In this document: piece after piece, positions 1-9,505 of the stretch
How the letters are laid out: every line of letters starts with the position of its first letter
How positions within the stretch are numbered: the first letter of the stretch is position 1
Assembly: GCA_017881075.1 (NCBI GenBank)
Contig: JADGRH010000003.1
Span: 64,682 to 128,681, forward strand
Origin: Minisyncoccota bacterium
Lineage (GTDB): Bacteria; Patescibacteriota; Minisyncoccia; Phycocordibacterales; CAJBRS01
Reading direction: 5' to 3'
Length of the DNA: 64,000 nt
Position numbers and translations under genes: made by a program
Notes under the pieces: generated by a model
Databases searched by the model: none
Told to the model about the DNA's origin: nothing
What the model saw: the letters and a program-made list of their open reading frames with translations, nothing else

Positions 1-218
1 TCCGGTCGATGGGGTCGAGAAACGACATGGTCACAGGCTCTGTTTCGTCAGTGAGGATACGGATACCTTCCGTCAGGATTTCAGATGTGTTCATTGCTCT
101 GCCCCCATGTTTAACACAGGACAAAACAAATGTCGAATACTTTGGCGGAGAGAGTGGTGTGAAGTTGGAACCAATTTGTTGGGAAATAAGGGTATTTGAG
201 GATTTTGTTCTACTTACT

Positions 219-554
219 CTAAAAATGTATTAGTGGTTTAAATCCTAATTTATTTTGTAATATAAAACCAATTGTTATAAGCAGAATTGGTACAATAACT
301 CTGATGACGAATTTTGTCGTTTTAGAATTTAAATTAGGATAGATTTTTCTTAAATAATACCAAATAAAAGTTTCGTTTCTATCTTTACCCATTTCTATGT
401 GGGTTAAAATACATCCATCAATTATCCAATACTGAATTTGCAAAAGAATAACTCCCAAAATGATTATTTTCCAGCTAATAAGTAAAGGTGAAAGATATGC
501 TGGTATTAACAGTAGTACATGTATCCAAAACCATAATCCAAATTCTTTTTTCAT
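219..554 (-). CDS. small hydrophobic membrane protein (start trimmed to internal Met so it does not overlap tRNA-Ser)
   Basis: ORF 219..653 minus; internal Met gives a 111-aa product with 3 predicted TM stretches; the untrimmed ORF would overlap the tRNA at 570..660. Confidence 0.3.
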   Translation of the reverse strand: MKKEFGLWFWIHVLLLIPAYLSPLLISWKIIILGVILLQIQYWIIDGCILTHIEMGKDRNETFIWYYLRKIYPNLNSKTTKFVIRVIVPILLITIGFILQNKLGFKPLIHF

Positions 555-569
555 AAATTTAAAATATAT

Positions 570-660
570 TGGCGGAGAGAGCGAGATTCGAACTCGCGGT
601 ACCCTTTCGAGCACACAGACTTTCCAGGTCTGCCCATTAAACCGCTCTGGCATCTCTCCA
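570..660 (-). tRNA. tRNA-Ser (anticodon GGA), type II with long variable arm, CCA encoded
   Basis: revcomp reads GGAGAGA.GCCAGAGCGG..; anticodon stem CAGAC/GTCTG with loop CTGGAAA; long variable arm; T-arm GCGAG-TTCGAAT-CTCGC; acceptor 3' CTCTCCG-CCA. Confidence 0.8.
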
Positions 661-858
661 AGATAATTAAAACTAACCTATTTTTGACACAAATTCAATT
701 CAGAGATGTCCGAAACGGGGTGTCGGACACCTCGTTTCGGACATTCAATTTGACTTGACAATAACTTCCATCAGGAGTAATTTCAAAAATAGATGATTGG
801 TCGAGTGATCAGCCAGTACTAAGACAAACCAAACAAGAACAAAAAAGAAAGGTTCATT

Positions 859-1455
859 GTGAACTTGAAGAAAAAAATAATGGTGTCCGTGGTAGCTGCC
901 GCGATAGTGGTGGCCACTATGGGGATTAGTGAGCATTTCCTTAACCAAGCAGAGATTCGCTTCAATCAACGACAGGAAGCAGAACTTGGCGCCAAACAGT
1001 TTCGTCAGGATGTCCAGCCGATGCTCGACAGCTTCTATTTTGAACACAACTTGCAGGCTGGAGACATGGCTCTTCATGCGGTGGCGTTGGAGAGGGCTCG
1101 TCTCGCAACCTACTACCATGGCGGCTTCGCCCATTACTTATGGGAATCGAATGACCCGATTGACCAAAAGAATGTTCCTCTCGTCGTTATGGCCCGGGAC
1201 AATCTACAACAGTATGTGATCGTCTCTGGAAAGATAACCTATCTGAAAGATGGTGATTGTCAGGAAGAACTCCGATTGGTTATCTATACCTTCCCGCACA
1301 AGAAAGGTGATCCACGACGTCGCGTTGACGAAAATGGGCAAGTGAGTGCCTTTATTAACGAAAAATGGCTCGTCGATCTGGATCAAACTCTTGCAGACAA
1401 AATCCGGGCCCAAGCTTATCTGGCACTTATTGATCGACCGCTTCATATACTCTGA
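859..1455 (+). CDS. secreted/periplasmic hypothetical protein with N-terminal signal peptide
   Basis: 198-aa ORF; N-terminus MNLKKKIMVSVVAAAIVVATMG is signal-peptide-like; GC richer than flanks. Confidence 0.5.
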   Translation: MNLKKKIMVSVVAAAIVVATMGISEHFLNQAEIRFNQRQEAELGAKQFRQDVQPMLDSFYFEHNLQAGDMALHAVALERARLATYYHGGFAHYLWESNDPIDQKNVPLVVMARDNLQQYVIVSGKITYLKDGDCQEELRLVIYTFPHKKGDPRRRVDENGQVSAFINEKWLVDLDQTLADKIRAQAYLALIDRPLHIL

Positions 1456-1583
1456 TGGATGTAGTCGGCGCCCATACTTCAAGTCCTTCACAACGCGACG
1501 TTGTGGAGGCTTTTTATTTTCCTCATGAAATTTTTTTAAAGTTTTGGTTTGAATAATCCTCGGCGATAGGCGATACTCTATCC

Positions 1584-3242
1584 ATGACTCAAGCAGAAGC
1601 ACTGGATATCTTAAAGATGGGACACAATGTATTTATCACCGGCGCAGCTGGAAGTGGCAAAACTCACACTCTGCGTGCCTATATTGATTATTTGAACAAG
1701 AGCAATGCGAGCGTTGCCATTACCGCATCCACGGGAATTGCGGCTACGCACATTGGTGGTAGCACCATTCACTCATGGAGCGGCCTGGGAGTCCGCGATT
1801 CTCTTTCCGAGCAGGACTTAAGTGAAATGGAAGAGCGACAATATCTCTGGCGACGATATGATCAAGTAAGGATTTTAATAATTGATGAAGTTTCAATGCT
1901 CCATCATTTTCGATTTGATCTTTTGGATAAAATTTGCCGATTTTTCAAAAGAAACGATGCCCCCTTCGGGGGCATGCAAATAGTGCTTTGCGGTGACTTC
2001 TTCCAACTGCCGCCAGTCACCATAATGGGGGAGCCGGAGGCAAGCTTCATTCATAAATCAGATGTTTGGGAAGAGATGAATTTGAAGATCTGCTATCTCT
2101 CCGAACAGCATCGCCAAAATATTGAAGACGAATATTTTAAAATCCTAAATGAGATCCGCGGGAATGATGTCGGCACGGATACATACGAACTCCTACAATC
2201 CCGTCTTAACCAAGAATCCGAATCAAAAATTCCGCCGACTCGTCTCTACACTCACAACATTGATGTTGATGCCGTGAATAACCGCGAGCTCGGAAAGATT
2301 GCGGGGGAGGCAAAAATTTACGCCATGTCTTCCAAAGGAAGGGCCGCTATAGTGGAGACTTTGAAAAAGAGTTGTCTTTCACCGGAGAAACTTTCTCTTA
2401 AAATTGGAGCCAAAGTAATGTTCGTTAAAAATAATTTTGAGAAACATTATGTTAATGGAACATTGGGGATAGTTGTGGCTTATGATTCAGCCGGTTATCC
2501 TATTGTGGAAACTCTTTCTGGAAAGAGGATACTGGCCACACCGGAGAGCTGGATGATAGAAGAAGAGGGCAAGATTAAAGCCGAGATCAATCAAGTGCCG
2601 CTCCGGCTCGCCTGGGCTATTACTGTGCATAAAAGCCAAGGAATGAGCCTTGATGCGGCAGAAATGGACCTATCAAAATCTTTCATTAAAGGGATGGGAT
2701 ATGTGGCTCTTTCGCGAGTGCGTAGTTTAAAAGGCTTGAAGCTACTCGGTATCAATCAAATGGCTCTGCGAGTAGATGAAGGTGTTTTTGAATACGATCA
2801 AACTCTCCGATCACTTTCAAAACAAAGCCAAAGTGAGTTAAAGAAGATGACCGCAAGCGAAATGAAAAAAGAGCAGGGAGAATTTCTGGCGAAAGTTGCT
2901 GGCTCCAAAAAAATTAAGGAAGAAAAAATAGCCACTCATCACAAAACCAAAAATCTTTTGCTCCAGAAGCTCTCTTTGGAAGAAATGGCAGAGGCGCGTG
3001 GGATGACCACCGAGACTATTGTCAGTCATATTGAGAAATTACTAGAGGAAGATCCGTCGTTTGATGTTCAGTATCTTTTCAATGCTAATTTTACTGATGA
3101 GCGTTTTCAGAAAATTGAAAAAGCTTTTGAAAAATCTTTAGCCAAGAATGGCGACTATCGTTTGGCGCCGGTGCGAGGTCTGCTTGGGCCCGATTTTGAT
3201 TATTTGGAACTGCGCATAGCGAGGTTGTTTTTGGGAAAGTAG
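1584..3242 (+). CDS. PIF1/RecD-family ATP-dependent DNA helicase
   Basis: Walker A GAAGSGKT, LIIDEVSM (motif II), FFQLPPV, AITVHKSQG, C-terminal HhH-like tail; typical PIF1-like SF1B motif order. Confidence 0.8.
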   Translation: MTQAEALDILKMGHNVFITGAAGSGKTHTLRAYIDYLNKSNASVAITASTGIAATHIGGSTIHSWSGLGVRDSLSEQDLSEMEERQYLWRRYDQVRILIIDEVSMLHHFRFDLLDKICRFFKRNDAPFGGMQIVLCGDFFQLPPVTIMGEPEASFIHKSDVWEEMNLKICYLSEQHRQNIEDEYFKILNEIRGNDVGTDTYELLQSRLNQESESKIPPTRLYTHNIDVDAVNNRELGKIAGEAKIYAMSSKGRAAIVETLKKSCLSPEKLSLKIGAKVMFVKNNFEKHYVNGTLGIVVAYDSAGYPIVETLSGKRILATPESWMIEEEGKIKAEINQVPLRLAWAITVHKSQGMSLDAAEMDLSKSFIKGMGYVALSRVRSLKGLKLLGINQMALRVDEGVFEYDQTLRSLSKQSQSELKKMTASEMKKEQGEFLAKVAGSKKIKEEKIATHHKTKNLLLQKLSLEEMAEARGMTTETIVSHIEKLLEEDPSFDVQYLFNANFTDERFQKIEKAFEKSLAKNGDYRLAPVRGLLGPDFDYLELRIARLFLGK

Positions 3243-3310
3243 TCTTGAAAGGAATTGAACAAAAACCAAAACTAAGTAATAATGGAATGGTTATATAATA
3301 AATCAAAACA

Positions 3311-3730
3311 ATGAGCGAAAAATTTGAACCAAATCCATTGACTCCTGAAACACCTCCTGAGAAATCGATTCAGAGACTTGCTGAAGAGATTTACAAGAAG
3401 AGACCAAAGGATGGCCCTATGATTATTATGGATGTGGACGAGACAAAAAGAGAAGCTCTTTTGACTGCAGTGTCAGTGCTCTGTAAGACTGGTGAAGTTG
3501 AGGAACCAATGCCTCCAATATTTTTTGTTAACGATAAAGAAGATCTTGCTTCATTAGCCCCGAAATTAGTGGATGACGAAAGCACAATAAGACAAGCAAT
3601 GGAAAAACTTCAGCTCGCCGATTTTCCCGAACCAATCTTAGTCGATGAGAAACCTCCAGAACCATGGCACCCAAAAGCTAAACATCCTCCCTGGGAAAAA
3701 CGTCCCAAGAAAAAAGGAAGGAGAAAATAA
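3311..3730 (+). CDS. hypothetical protein, Pro/Lys-rich C-terminus
   Basis: 139-aa ORF immediately upstream of the TrmB-like gene (8-nt gap), probably co-transcribed. Confidence 0.45.
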   Translation: MSEKFEPNPLTPETPPEKSIQRLAEEIYKKRPKDGPMIIMDVDETKREALLTAVSVLCKTGEVEEPMPPIFFVNDKEDLASLAPKLVDDESTIRQAMEKLQLADFPEPILVDEKPPEPWHPKAKHPPWEKRPKKKGRRK

Positions 3731-3737
3731 ATAAAAA

Positions 3738-4505
3738 ATGGCTCAAAATTTATATCAGTTTTTAAAAAACATAGGCATTTCTCAAAAAGAGGTAAATGTT
3801 TACATCTATCTTTTGTCGGTGGAATCAGCTCTGCCAATGGAAATTGCTAAGGAGACCAATCTTAAGAGGTCCACTGTATATGTAATCCTCGAACTCCTAA
3901 AAGAGAAAGGGTTAGTGCGCGAGGTAGAGCGAGGCAAACGCTCCGCCTATATCTCGGAAGACCCGGAAAGAATCAGATTTCTTTTGGAACAACTTCGACT
4001 TCAGACGGAAAATAGTATTAAGGGATTGAATATCATAATTCCTCAACTGAAAGCCACTCTTCGAAAAGAAGGGGAGCCGCCACTGATCAGATTCTTTGAA
4101 GGAGAAAAAGCGGTTCAGGTCTCAATGGAGGAATTGGCGGACAATCCTAAATTTAGAAAAGAGTTAAATTATGATGTTTTTCCACTTGAGCTAATCTATA
4201 AATTATTCCAGAGAAAGAATTTGCGAAAATATATTAATCTTCGCATTCATAACAATGAAAACTTCAAAATCCTCTATACATCAGATGAAGGAGGGTTAAC
4301 CAACGCGGAGACACACGGACAAGAAGCGATCAAGATTGACCAAAAAGAATTTCCTCTATCATGTGACATCGCCATCTTTGAAGATGAGGTTAGAATTCAT
4401 ATGTTGGGTAAACCTATTTACGGCATATTGATTAAAAACTTGGAATTGGCCCAGACTCTCACTAGTATTATCAAATTGGCAATAAAAGGAGCCAAGGTAA
4501 ATTAG
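3738..4505 (+). CDS. TrmB-family winged-helix transcriptional regulator
   Basis: N-terminal HTH pattern Y.FLK..G.S..E..VY.YLL......EIA.ET.L.RSTVY.IL..L.EKGLV typical of TrmB; ~255 aa. Confidence 0.6.
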   Translation: MAQNLYQFLKNIGISQKEVNVYIYLLSVESALPMEIAKETNLKRSTVYVILELLKEKGLVREVERGKRSAYISEDPERIRFLLEQLRLQTENSIKGLNIIIPQLKATLRKEGEPPLIRFFEGEKAVQVSMEELADNPKFRKELNYDVFPLELIYKLFQRKNLRKYINLRIHNNENFKILYTSDEGGLTNAETHGQEAIKIDQKEFPLSCDIAIFEDEVRIHMLGKPIYGILIKNLELAQTLTSIIKLAIKGAKVN

Positions 4506-4858
4506 GCAAATATTTCTCATACAGATTGTTTCAATTATCTAGTAAGAATTAGACAATTATTGTATTTAGTTTGTTAAAACAGGCCTGATTACCCAATTCT
4601 TTTGTTATATATAAACATTTTCTACTTAAAATGAGAGCAACAATTCTTACTCGTCTAATCATCATTGACACTTATTGTCACTTGCTCTAATTTTACATCA
4701 GAAACAGTTTTTTGACAGCCGGCACGGGCTTCCACTTACAGTTTCGCCGGCCTTCTTCACAGCTCGGAGGGGAATTCATTAATGCCCTCCAAGCTGTGAT
4801 CTGCGTTCAAATGGACGTGGAAGGCTAGCAAAACCAAGTAAATAAGGAGAAATAAGTT

Positions 4859-6139
4859 ATGAGTATACGTTTCGTTATCTCAGTTATGTTGGTTGGCCTT
4901 TACATGGCCATATCAATCCTGTATCCAGTAGCCCAAGGCCCGATCGAAGGAAAGATCGCGGCCAGTATGGTCCAAGATAGTGATGCGTCTTATGCAGCGG
5001 CTCACGCCCTGCTCACGACGCATTCGCCGATAACCATTATCGGTTGGGCAGTGTTCATAGCATTGCTCGTCATCTGGGTGCCAGTTTTACGGCGCGCCCT
5101 CAAGCGCCCCACTAAAACGGCAGCGACATTTCTCGGGTGTATCGCCTTTTTGGCGACCATTCTCACCACGGGATGTGTGGGACCTTATAAGGTAGAGAAG
5201 TTCGAGACCATCGAATCAAACGAGACGGCCTTCGTCGTTCCCTTGGAGGGTGCGACGCTCGCCAATCAAGCGAAGTTCATGTCTATCGACTATCTCAATT
5301 CGCCTGAAGTGAAAGTGGCGACCAAGCGGATCACTATTCCGCAACGGCAACGCGACACAGGACGGGTGGCCGGTAATTACGAATGGATTGACACCGTTCG
5401 CGTCATCAAGGTAAACCGGGCGCCTATCACCAGACAGTGGGTGAAGGCCTCAACACAAGGCACTTCTAAATCCGACGAGGCCATCGAGGTGGAGTCTAAA
5501 GAGTCAATCGACTTCTACACCGGAGCGGTCTGCAGCGGGTTTATCGCTGAAGAGGATGCGGCAAGGTTCCTCTATTATTTCGCCGGGAAACCTTTAAGCG
5601 AAGTGATGGACGAGAACGTACGCGGGTATGTTCAAAACCTGATGTGGGTGGAGTTTGGTACGCGGGACTTGACCGCTGCCAAAGAGGCCAAGAAAGAGAT
5701 CATGGATGCGGTTTCCAAATCGACGAAGGAGTTCTACTCCAAGCAAGGGATAACGATCTCTTACGTCGGTGGAGCTGAAGGTCTGACCTACAAGGATCCA
5801 AAGATCCAAGAATCCATCAACTCGGCCTTCATCGCCGAGAATGACCGCAAAGTGGCGGATCAGGAGAATCAGGCCCAAACGATTAGGAATACCAAATTGG
5901 TTTCCATCGCTACAGCACAGCGTCAGGCGGCTGAAGAGTTCGCCAAAGCGCAGAATGCCATGATTGCCAAGACCCAGCTCGAGATCCAAATGAAGCAGGC
6001 AGACGCCATGCTGGAGATCGCGCATAACTCGCACGGCATCAGCATCCAACCGGGTGCGATCTTGTCTGAAGGGTCGCCCTTCCTGTTTGGCCTGGATAAG
6101 GTCACGGGAGCTCGGCCGCCGGTCACTGCAAATAAGTAA
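4859..6139 (+). CDS. membrane-anchored SPFH/band-7-like protein (inferred), GC-rich
   Basis: N-terminal TM segments; C-terminal Ala/Gln/Glu-rich coiled coil resembling HflC/K tails; visibly higher GC than the backbone; SD AGGAGA upstream. Confidence 0.45.
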   Translation: MSIRFVISVMLVGLYMAISILYPVAQGPIEGKIAASMVQDSDASYAAAHALLTTHSPITIIGWAVFIALLVIWVPVLRRALKRPTKTAATFLGCIAFLATILTTGCVGPYKVEKFETIESNETAFVVPLEGATLANQAKFMSIDYLNSPEVKVATKRITIPQRQRDTGRVAGNYEWIDTVRVIKVNRAPITRQWVKASTQGTSKSDEAIEVESKESIDFYTGAVCSGFIAEEDAARFLYYFAGKPLSEVMDENVRGYVQNLMWVEFGTRDLTAAKEAKKEIMDAVSKSTKEFYSKQGITISYVGGAEGLTYKDPKIQESINSAFIAENDRKVADQENQAQTIRNTKLVSIATAQRQAAEEFAKAQNAMIAKTQLEIQMKQADAMLEIAHNSHGISIQPGAILSEGSPFLFGLDKVTGARPPVTANK

Positions 6140-6167
6140 CGACCTTTAAAACGTAGAGAGAAATCTC

Positions 6168-6206
6168 GGCGCGTGGTCCGGTTGAGCAATCAACCCCCAC
6201 GCGCTT
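6168..6206 (+). terminator. rho-independent terminator after the SPFH-like gene
   Basis: GCGCGTGG..loop..CCACGCGC followed by TTTTTT. Confidence 0.6.
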
Positions 6207-6316
6207 TTTTAATTTAACTTTTCTTTATGGGAGATTCATCACCCATTTATATATTTAAGTAATAGCAGAAAGATTTGCAAGGATTTGGGTATTCCTGAAG
6301 AAGATTAAAATTAAAA

Positions 6317-6347
6317 AATCCGGCCGAAGCATTTGTCGGCCGGATTA
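6317..6347. terminator. conserved hairpin AATCCGGCCGA-N8-TCGGCCGGATT (family copy 1), bidirectional terminator
   Basis: perfect stem; A-run upstream and T/A-run downstream; sits between convergent genes; same arms as copies at 7708 and 9474. Confidence 0.65.
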
Positions 6348-6361
6348 TCAAAACCATTCGC

Positions 6362-6733
6362 TTAGCTCACGGATGATTGTGTGAGCTGGAGATCAAGAAG
6401 TCGGATTACTGTGTCGGGCACGTCGTCCTTGCGCGATGCATGACTACATCCGGCCGACATCATCAGTTGTTGGACCTTAAAGCATCCCGCCGCTGTTACT
6501 ATCGGCATGGCAGACTTCTGGCGCAATTCGCGAATGAAAGGTTCAGTATTATAGGTATAGCCCGGAACACAGCCATCAACGACTACCAGATCAAAAGGAT
6601 CCGAGCGGTCCAGGATTTTCTGGGCACCCTCCAAGTCAAACGCTTGGTTGATAACAACCTCGTATCTGCAAAGTTTCTTCTCCCAGTCGAGCTGGTACTG
6701 CGGGTTATCCTCTACAAGTAAGATTTTTTTCAT
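6362..6733 (-). CDS. stand-alone CheY-like receiver domain protein (canonical acidic pocket: LLVEDN .. DLVVVD .. T .. K)
   Basis: MKKILLVEDN, FDLVVVDGCVPG, PIVTAAG motifs; 123 aa; paralog of 7736..8089 and 9503..9856. Confidence 0.6.
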   Translation of the reverse strand: MKKILLVEDNPQYQLDWEKKLCRYEVVINQAFDLEGAQKILDRSDPFDLVVVDGCVPGYTYNTEPFIRELRQKSAMPIVTAAGCFKVQQLMMSAGCSHASRKDDVPDTVIRLLDLQLTQSSVS

Positions 6734-6793
6734 AATTCTAAATCGGATACTACATTAAATGCCAAAAAAATCAAAATCAGGTAGTATTAACCC

Positions 6794-7705
6794 ATGGATC
6801 AATCTCAAAACTCCACTAGAGAATATTCTGCCATTAGCCCAACATCTCGCAGCTCATTTTGGATGAAAACTTTCACCGACATTCCTTACGTGCGGGAAAT
6901 ATACGACGAGCTGGAAAAAGGGAAGCAGAGTGGAGCGGAAAGCAAAATCAGGGATTACGGAATCAATCATGTTGGTCTCTCAAGTATTGCTCCATATTTT
7001 GAGGCGAGATACTTAATCATTAATAGATTATTGAAAGAAGTTGGAGCGACACAGATTATTGAATTAGCTTCCGGCCTCACTCCTCGGGGTCTTGAGCTTA
7101 CCAAAGATCCAAATATCACTTTCATCGAATTAGACCTCCCTGATGTAATCGAAGAGAAAAAGAAAATAGTGGAAAATATTATAAGAGAGCATAAAATCGG
7201 CGATCGTAACAATTTGTATCTGGAAGCAGGAAGCGCCCTGGAAGAAGCGGATATCATGAAAGCCGCCTCTCATTTTGATGAAAAGAAAGAGATCGCTATT
7301 ATTAATGAAGGATTACTTCGCTATCTGAAAAGAGACGAACAGGCAAAAATGGCTCAGGCGATCTTACCCGTGCTTCAAAAATTCGGGGGAGTATGGATCA
7401 CCCCTGATATTGGCATCAGAGATAAAATGCTGGCAGGACAAGCGAAATTGTCGCCGATATTCATAGACAGAACTAAAAAGTTGGAAAAAATGACGGGCGC
7501 TGGAAATTTTTCCGACAACCTTTTCGCCGATGCTGCAGAAGCCAAGGCAATCTATGAAAAACTAGGATTTGAGATAGAGATGCATACTTACTCTGAAGTA
7601 TCCGATCAACTCGTTTCACCCACTAAACTCGGTCAACCAAAAGAGATTACAGACTCACTTATGGAATGGAGCAAGGTCTTTGTGATGCACCCAAAGACCA
7701 AATAA
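6794..7705 (+). CDS. class I SAM-dependent methyltransferase, leucine carboxyl methyltransferase (LCM)/TcmP-like
   Basis: IIELASGLTPRGLEL resembles the LCM motif VV.LGAGLDTR; acidic residue after beta2 (IELDLPD); 303 aa; leaderless-style start 6 nt after TAGTATTA. Confidence 0.5.
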   Translation: MDQSQNSTREYSAISPTSRSSFWMKTFTDIPYVREIYDELEKGKQSGAESKIRDYGINHVGLSSIAPYFEARYLIINRLLKEVGATQIIELASGLTPRGLELTKDPNITFIELDLPDVIEEKKKIVENIIREHKIGDRNNLYLEAGSALEEADIMKAASHFDEKKEIAIINEGLLRYLKRDEQAKMAQAILPVLQKFGGVWITPDIGIRDKMLAGQAKLSPIFIDRTKKLEKMTGAGNFSDNLFADAAEAKAIYEKLGFEIEMHTYSEVSDQLVSPTKLGQPKEITDSLMEWSKVFVMHPKTK

Positions 7706-7707
7706 AA

Positions 7708-7738
7708 AATCCGGCCAGAGAATTCACGGGCCGGATTA
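7708..7738. terminator. conserved hairpin AATCCGGCC-N12-GGCCGGATTA (family copy 2)
   Basis: same arms as 6317 and 9474; between convergent genes. Confidence 0.65.
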
Positions 7739-8089
7739 CGAAAAACTTCTGAGTCCTAACAGCATGATGATGGTATTTACCAAATCGTCAGGATGAGCCT
7801 CATGGGTGCATCGAAAATAATTCAACATAATCTGTCGGATACCGGGACTTTTGTCCACAACCACAATGGGTCCATTGCAATGAGGAGGAAGACTCTTCAG
7901 AAGTGCTCCGGTGTTGAACGTTTTTGACCCAACACAAGTTTCGACGGCTACAAGGTCATAACGATCAGATTCCTCAATCGCGAATCTAACGTCGTAGGCG
8001 TAGCTTGCGCTGACGTCATATTCCTCCAACCTCCTTTGCCACTCGGTCGCCAGGTCATTGTCATTAGTCACAATTAAGATATTCTTCAT
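7736..8089 (-). CDS. receiver-fold paralog with degenerate phospho-acceptor site (ILIVTNDND .. DLVAVETCVG)
   Basis: 117 aa; ~65% identical to 9503..9856; the Asp of the DLVxxD pocket is replaced by Glu and the beta4 Thr is absent. Confidence 0.55.
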   Translation of the reverse strand: MKNILIVTNDNDLATEWQRRLEEYDVSASYAYDVRFAIEESDRYDLVAVETCVGSKTFNTGALLKSLPPHCNGPIVVVDKSPGIRQIMLNYFRCTHEAHPDDLVNTIIMLLGLRSFS

Positions 8090-8219
8090 TAGTCTTTCCT
8101 CATATTACACAGCCTTCCTTGGAAATCAAGGTAGAAATGGAAGTTATACCGAAAATAAAAAAGCGGCCACCCCTTTCGAAGTGCCGCTTGTTTGAACGCG
8201 ATGCGCGCTAAGATACCGC

Positions 8220-9350
8220 TTACTCTCTTAGCATCAGCGAGACCGTGTCGGGGAACGTTGTTGTGTAATCCCCGAAGATCTGCATGCCGAAACTTTTCGG
8301 CGTCACTTTGTCCCAAGTGATCTTCTCGTTGGCACCGGCGCCGGAATATGATCCGACACTCATTGGGGATGTGTGGTACTCGACGAAACCTCCCCATGGT
8401 CTGATGAGCTTGTCCTGTAGACGATGTGATTCGTCTGCGAGGAAGTCATGCTTGAGGTGGGGGACAACGCAAATGGCGAAGTCTCCAGCAATGCCGCCAC
8501 CAAGCTGGACGAAAGCCAGCGGAGTTTTGCGGGTCACGTCCATGTAGAATTCCGCGAGCGCATGCATGTACGAAATCCCCGGAAGGACCACGTTCATGTC
8601 GATCGGCGCCTCGATCTTGTAATTTTTCAAGAACCAATGGTCGCCCTTGTAGCACGCCTGAGCAAAAATATTGCCCATCGTAGAATCTTCGAATCCAGGA
8701 ACGAAGAGCGGAATGTCGAGTTTTGCAGCTTTGCGAAGCCAACATTCTTCCGCATTGGCCGTCGGATCTTTTCTGATCAGATCGTGCTTGAACAGGTGAT
8801 AGAAATACTGATGCCAGAGTTTCCGCTCCTTATTTACTCCGGCGATCCTCCATTGCTTCATGAGCTTGGGCAGGATGACTCTGACCGATTCGTCTTCCGG
8901 CAGGATCGTGTCTGTGATTCGGCGGAAACGAAGGCGGCGAAGCTCCTCTTCCTGTTTGGGCGTCAAGGATTGATAGTTGGGAATGTAGACATAATACTGA
9001 TTTGCTGAGAATCGGTAGGCGCTTTCTTCCATGTTCGCGCCGGTAACTGACATTCCGGCGATGTATCCGGCGTCCATCAGTCTGGTGATGGGTACACCGA
9101 GCTGGAATGATGATCCGGCTCCGGCCATTGATAAGAATATCTTGCCGCCCTCTTCGCAGAAATCTCGAAGCCAAAGGCCGGCATCGACAGTTCTTCCTCC
9201 GTTGCAATGGCGCTTGTTCTGGACCAGTGAATTTGAGACGGGGCTGTCTGCGCTGGGGGTATAACGTCGTTCTCCCACAGTGATCATCTTGCGAAGCCCA
9301 GGACTGAGCTGAGCCATTTTTTGTTTAAGGGACATGATTTGATTTGACAT
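8220..9350 (-). CDS. deoxyhypusine synthase-like protein (DHS/homospermidine synthase family)
   Basis: Blocks matching eukaryotic/archaeal DHS: IPLFVPGFEDSTMGNIF ~ IPVFSPALTDGSLGDMIF, LGGGIAGDF ~ LGGGVVKHH, YSGAGANEKITWDKV ~ DSGARPDEAVSWGKI, C-terminal F.D..TTFP ~ YADASLVFP. Confidence 0.7.
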   Translation of the reverse strand: MSNQIMSLKQKMAQLSPGLRKMITVGERRYTPSADSPVSNSLVQNKRHCNGGRTVDAGLWLRDFCEEGGKIFLSMAGAGSSFQLGVPITRLMDAGYIAGMSVTGANMEESAYRFSANQYYVYIPNYQSLTPKQEEELRRLRFRRITDTILPEDESVRVILPKLMKQWRIAGVNKERKLWHQYFYHLFKHDLIRKDPTANAEECWLRKAAKLDIPLFVPGFEDSTMGNIFAQACYKGDHWFLKNYKIEAPIDMNVVLPGISYMHALAEFYMDVTRKTPLAFVQLGGGIAGDFAICVVPHLKHDFLADESHRLQDKLIRPWGGFVEYHTSPMSVGSYSGAGANEKITWDKVTPKSFGMQIFGDYTTTFPDTVSLMLRE

Positions 9351-9473
9351 AGTGCTTTCCTCGGTTTGTGTTGTTCTTCTCTTCTGAAATCATATTACTT
9401 AAATAGGGGATTAGTTCAAGTTATGGGTTTTCCAAATTTTGAGCGGGTTTTTCACGAAATTGAAGAAAATAAA

Positions 9474-9505
9474 AAATCCGGCCTGTGAATCGGTCGGCCG
9501 GATTA
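9474..9505. terminator. conserved hairpin AATCCGGCC-N12-GGCCGGATTA (family copy 3)
   Basis: same arms; lies directly 3' of receiver paralog 9503..9856. Confidence 0.65.

Noticed and set aside
143-235. Second functional tRNA-Ser
   Set aside because: The acceptor halves pair but the D- and T-arms cannot be folded (no TTCRANY loop). Kept only as a remnant in the findings.
745-1134. Minus-strand 129-aa ORF overlapping the 859..1455 plus-strand gene
   Set aside because: It is antisense to an ORF with a convincing signal peptide. The same applies to many other antisense ORFs in the track (for example inside purL, nrdA, valS, ftsZ, lepA), which overlap long conserved genes.
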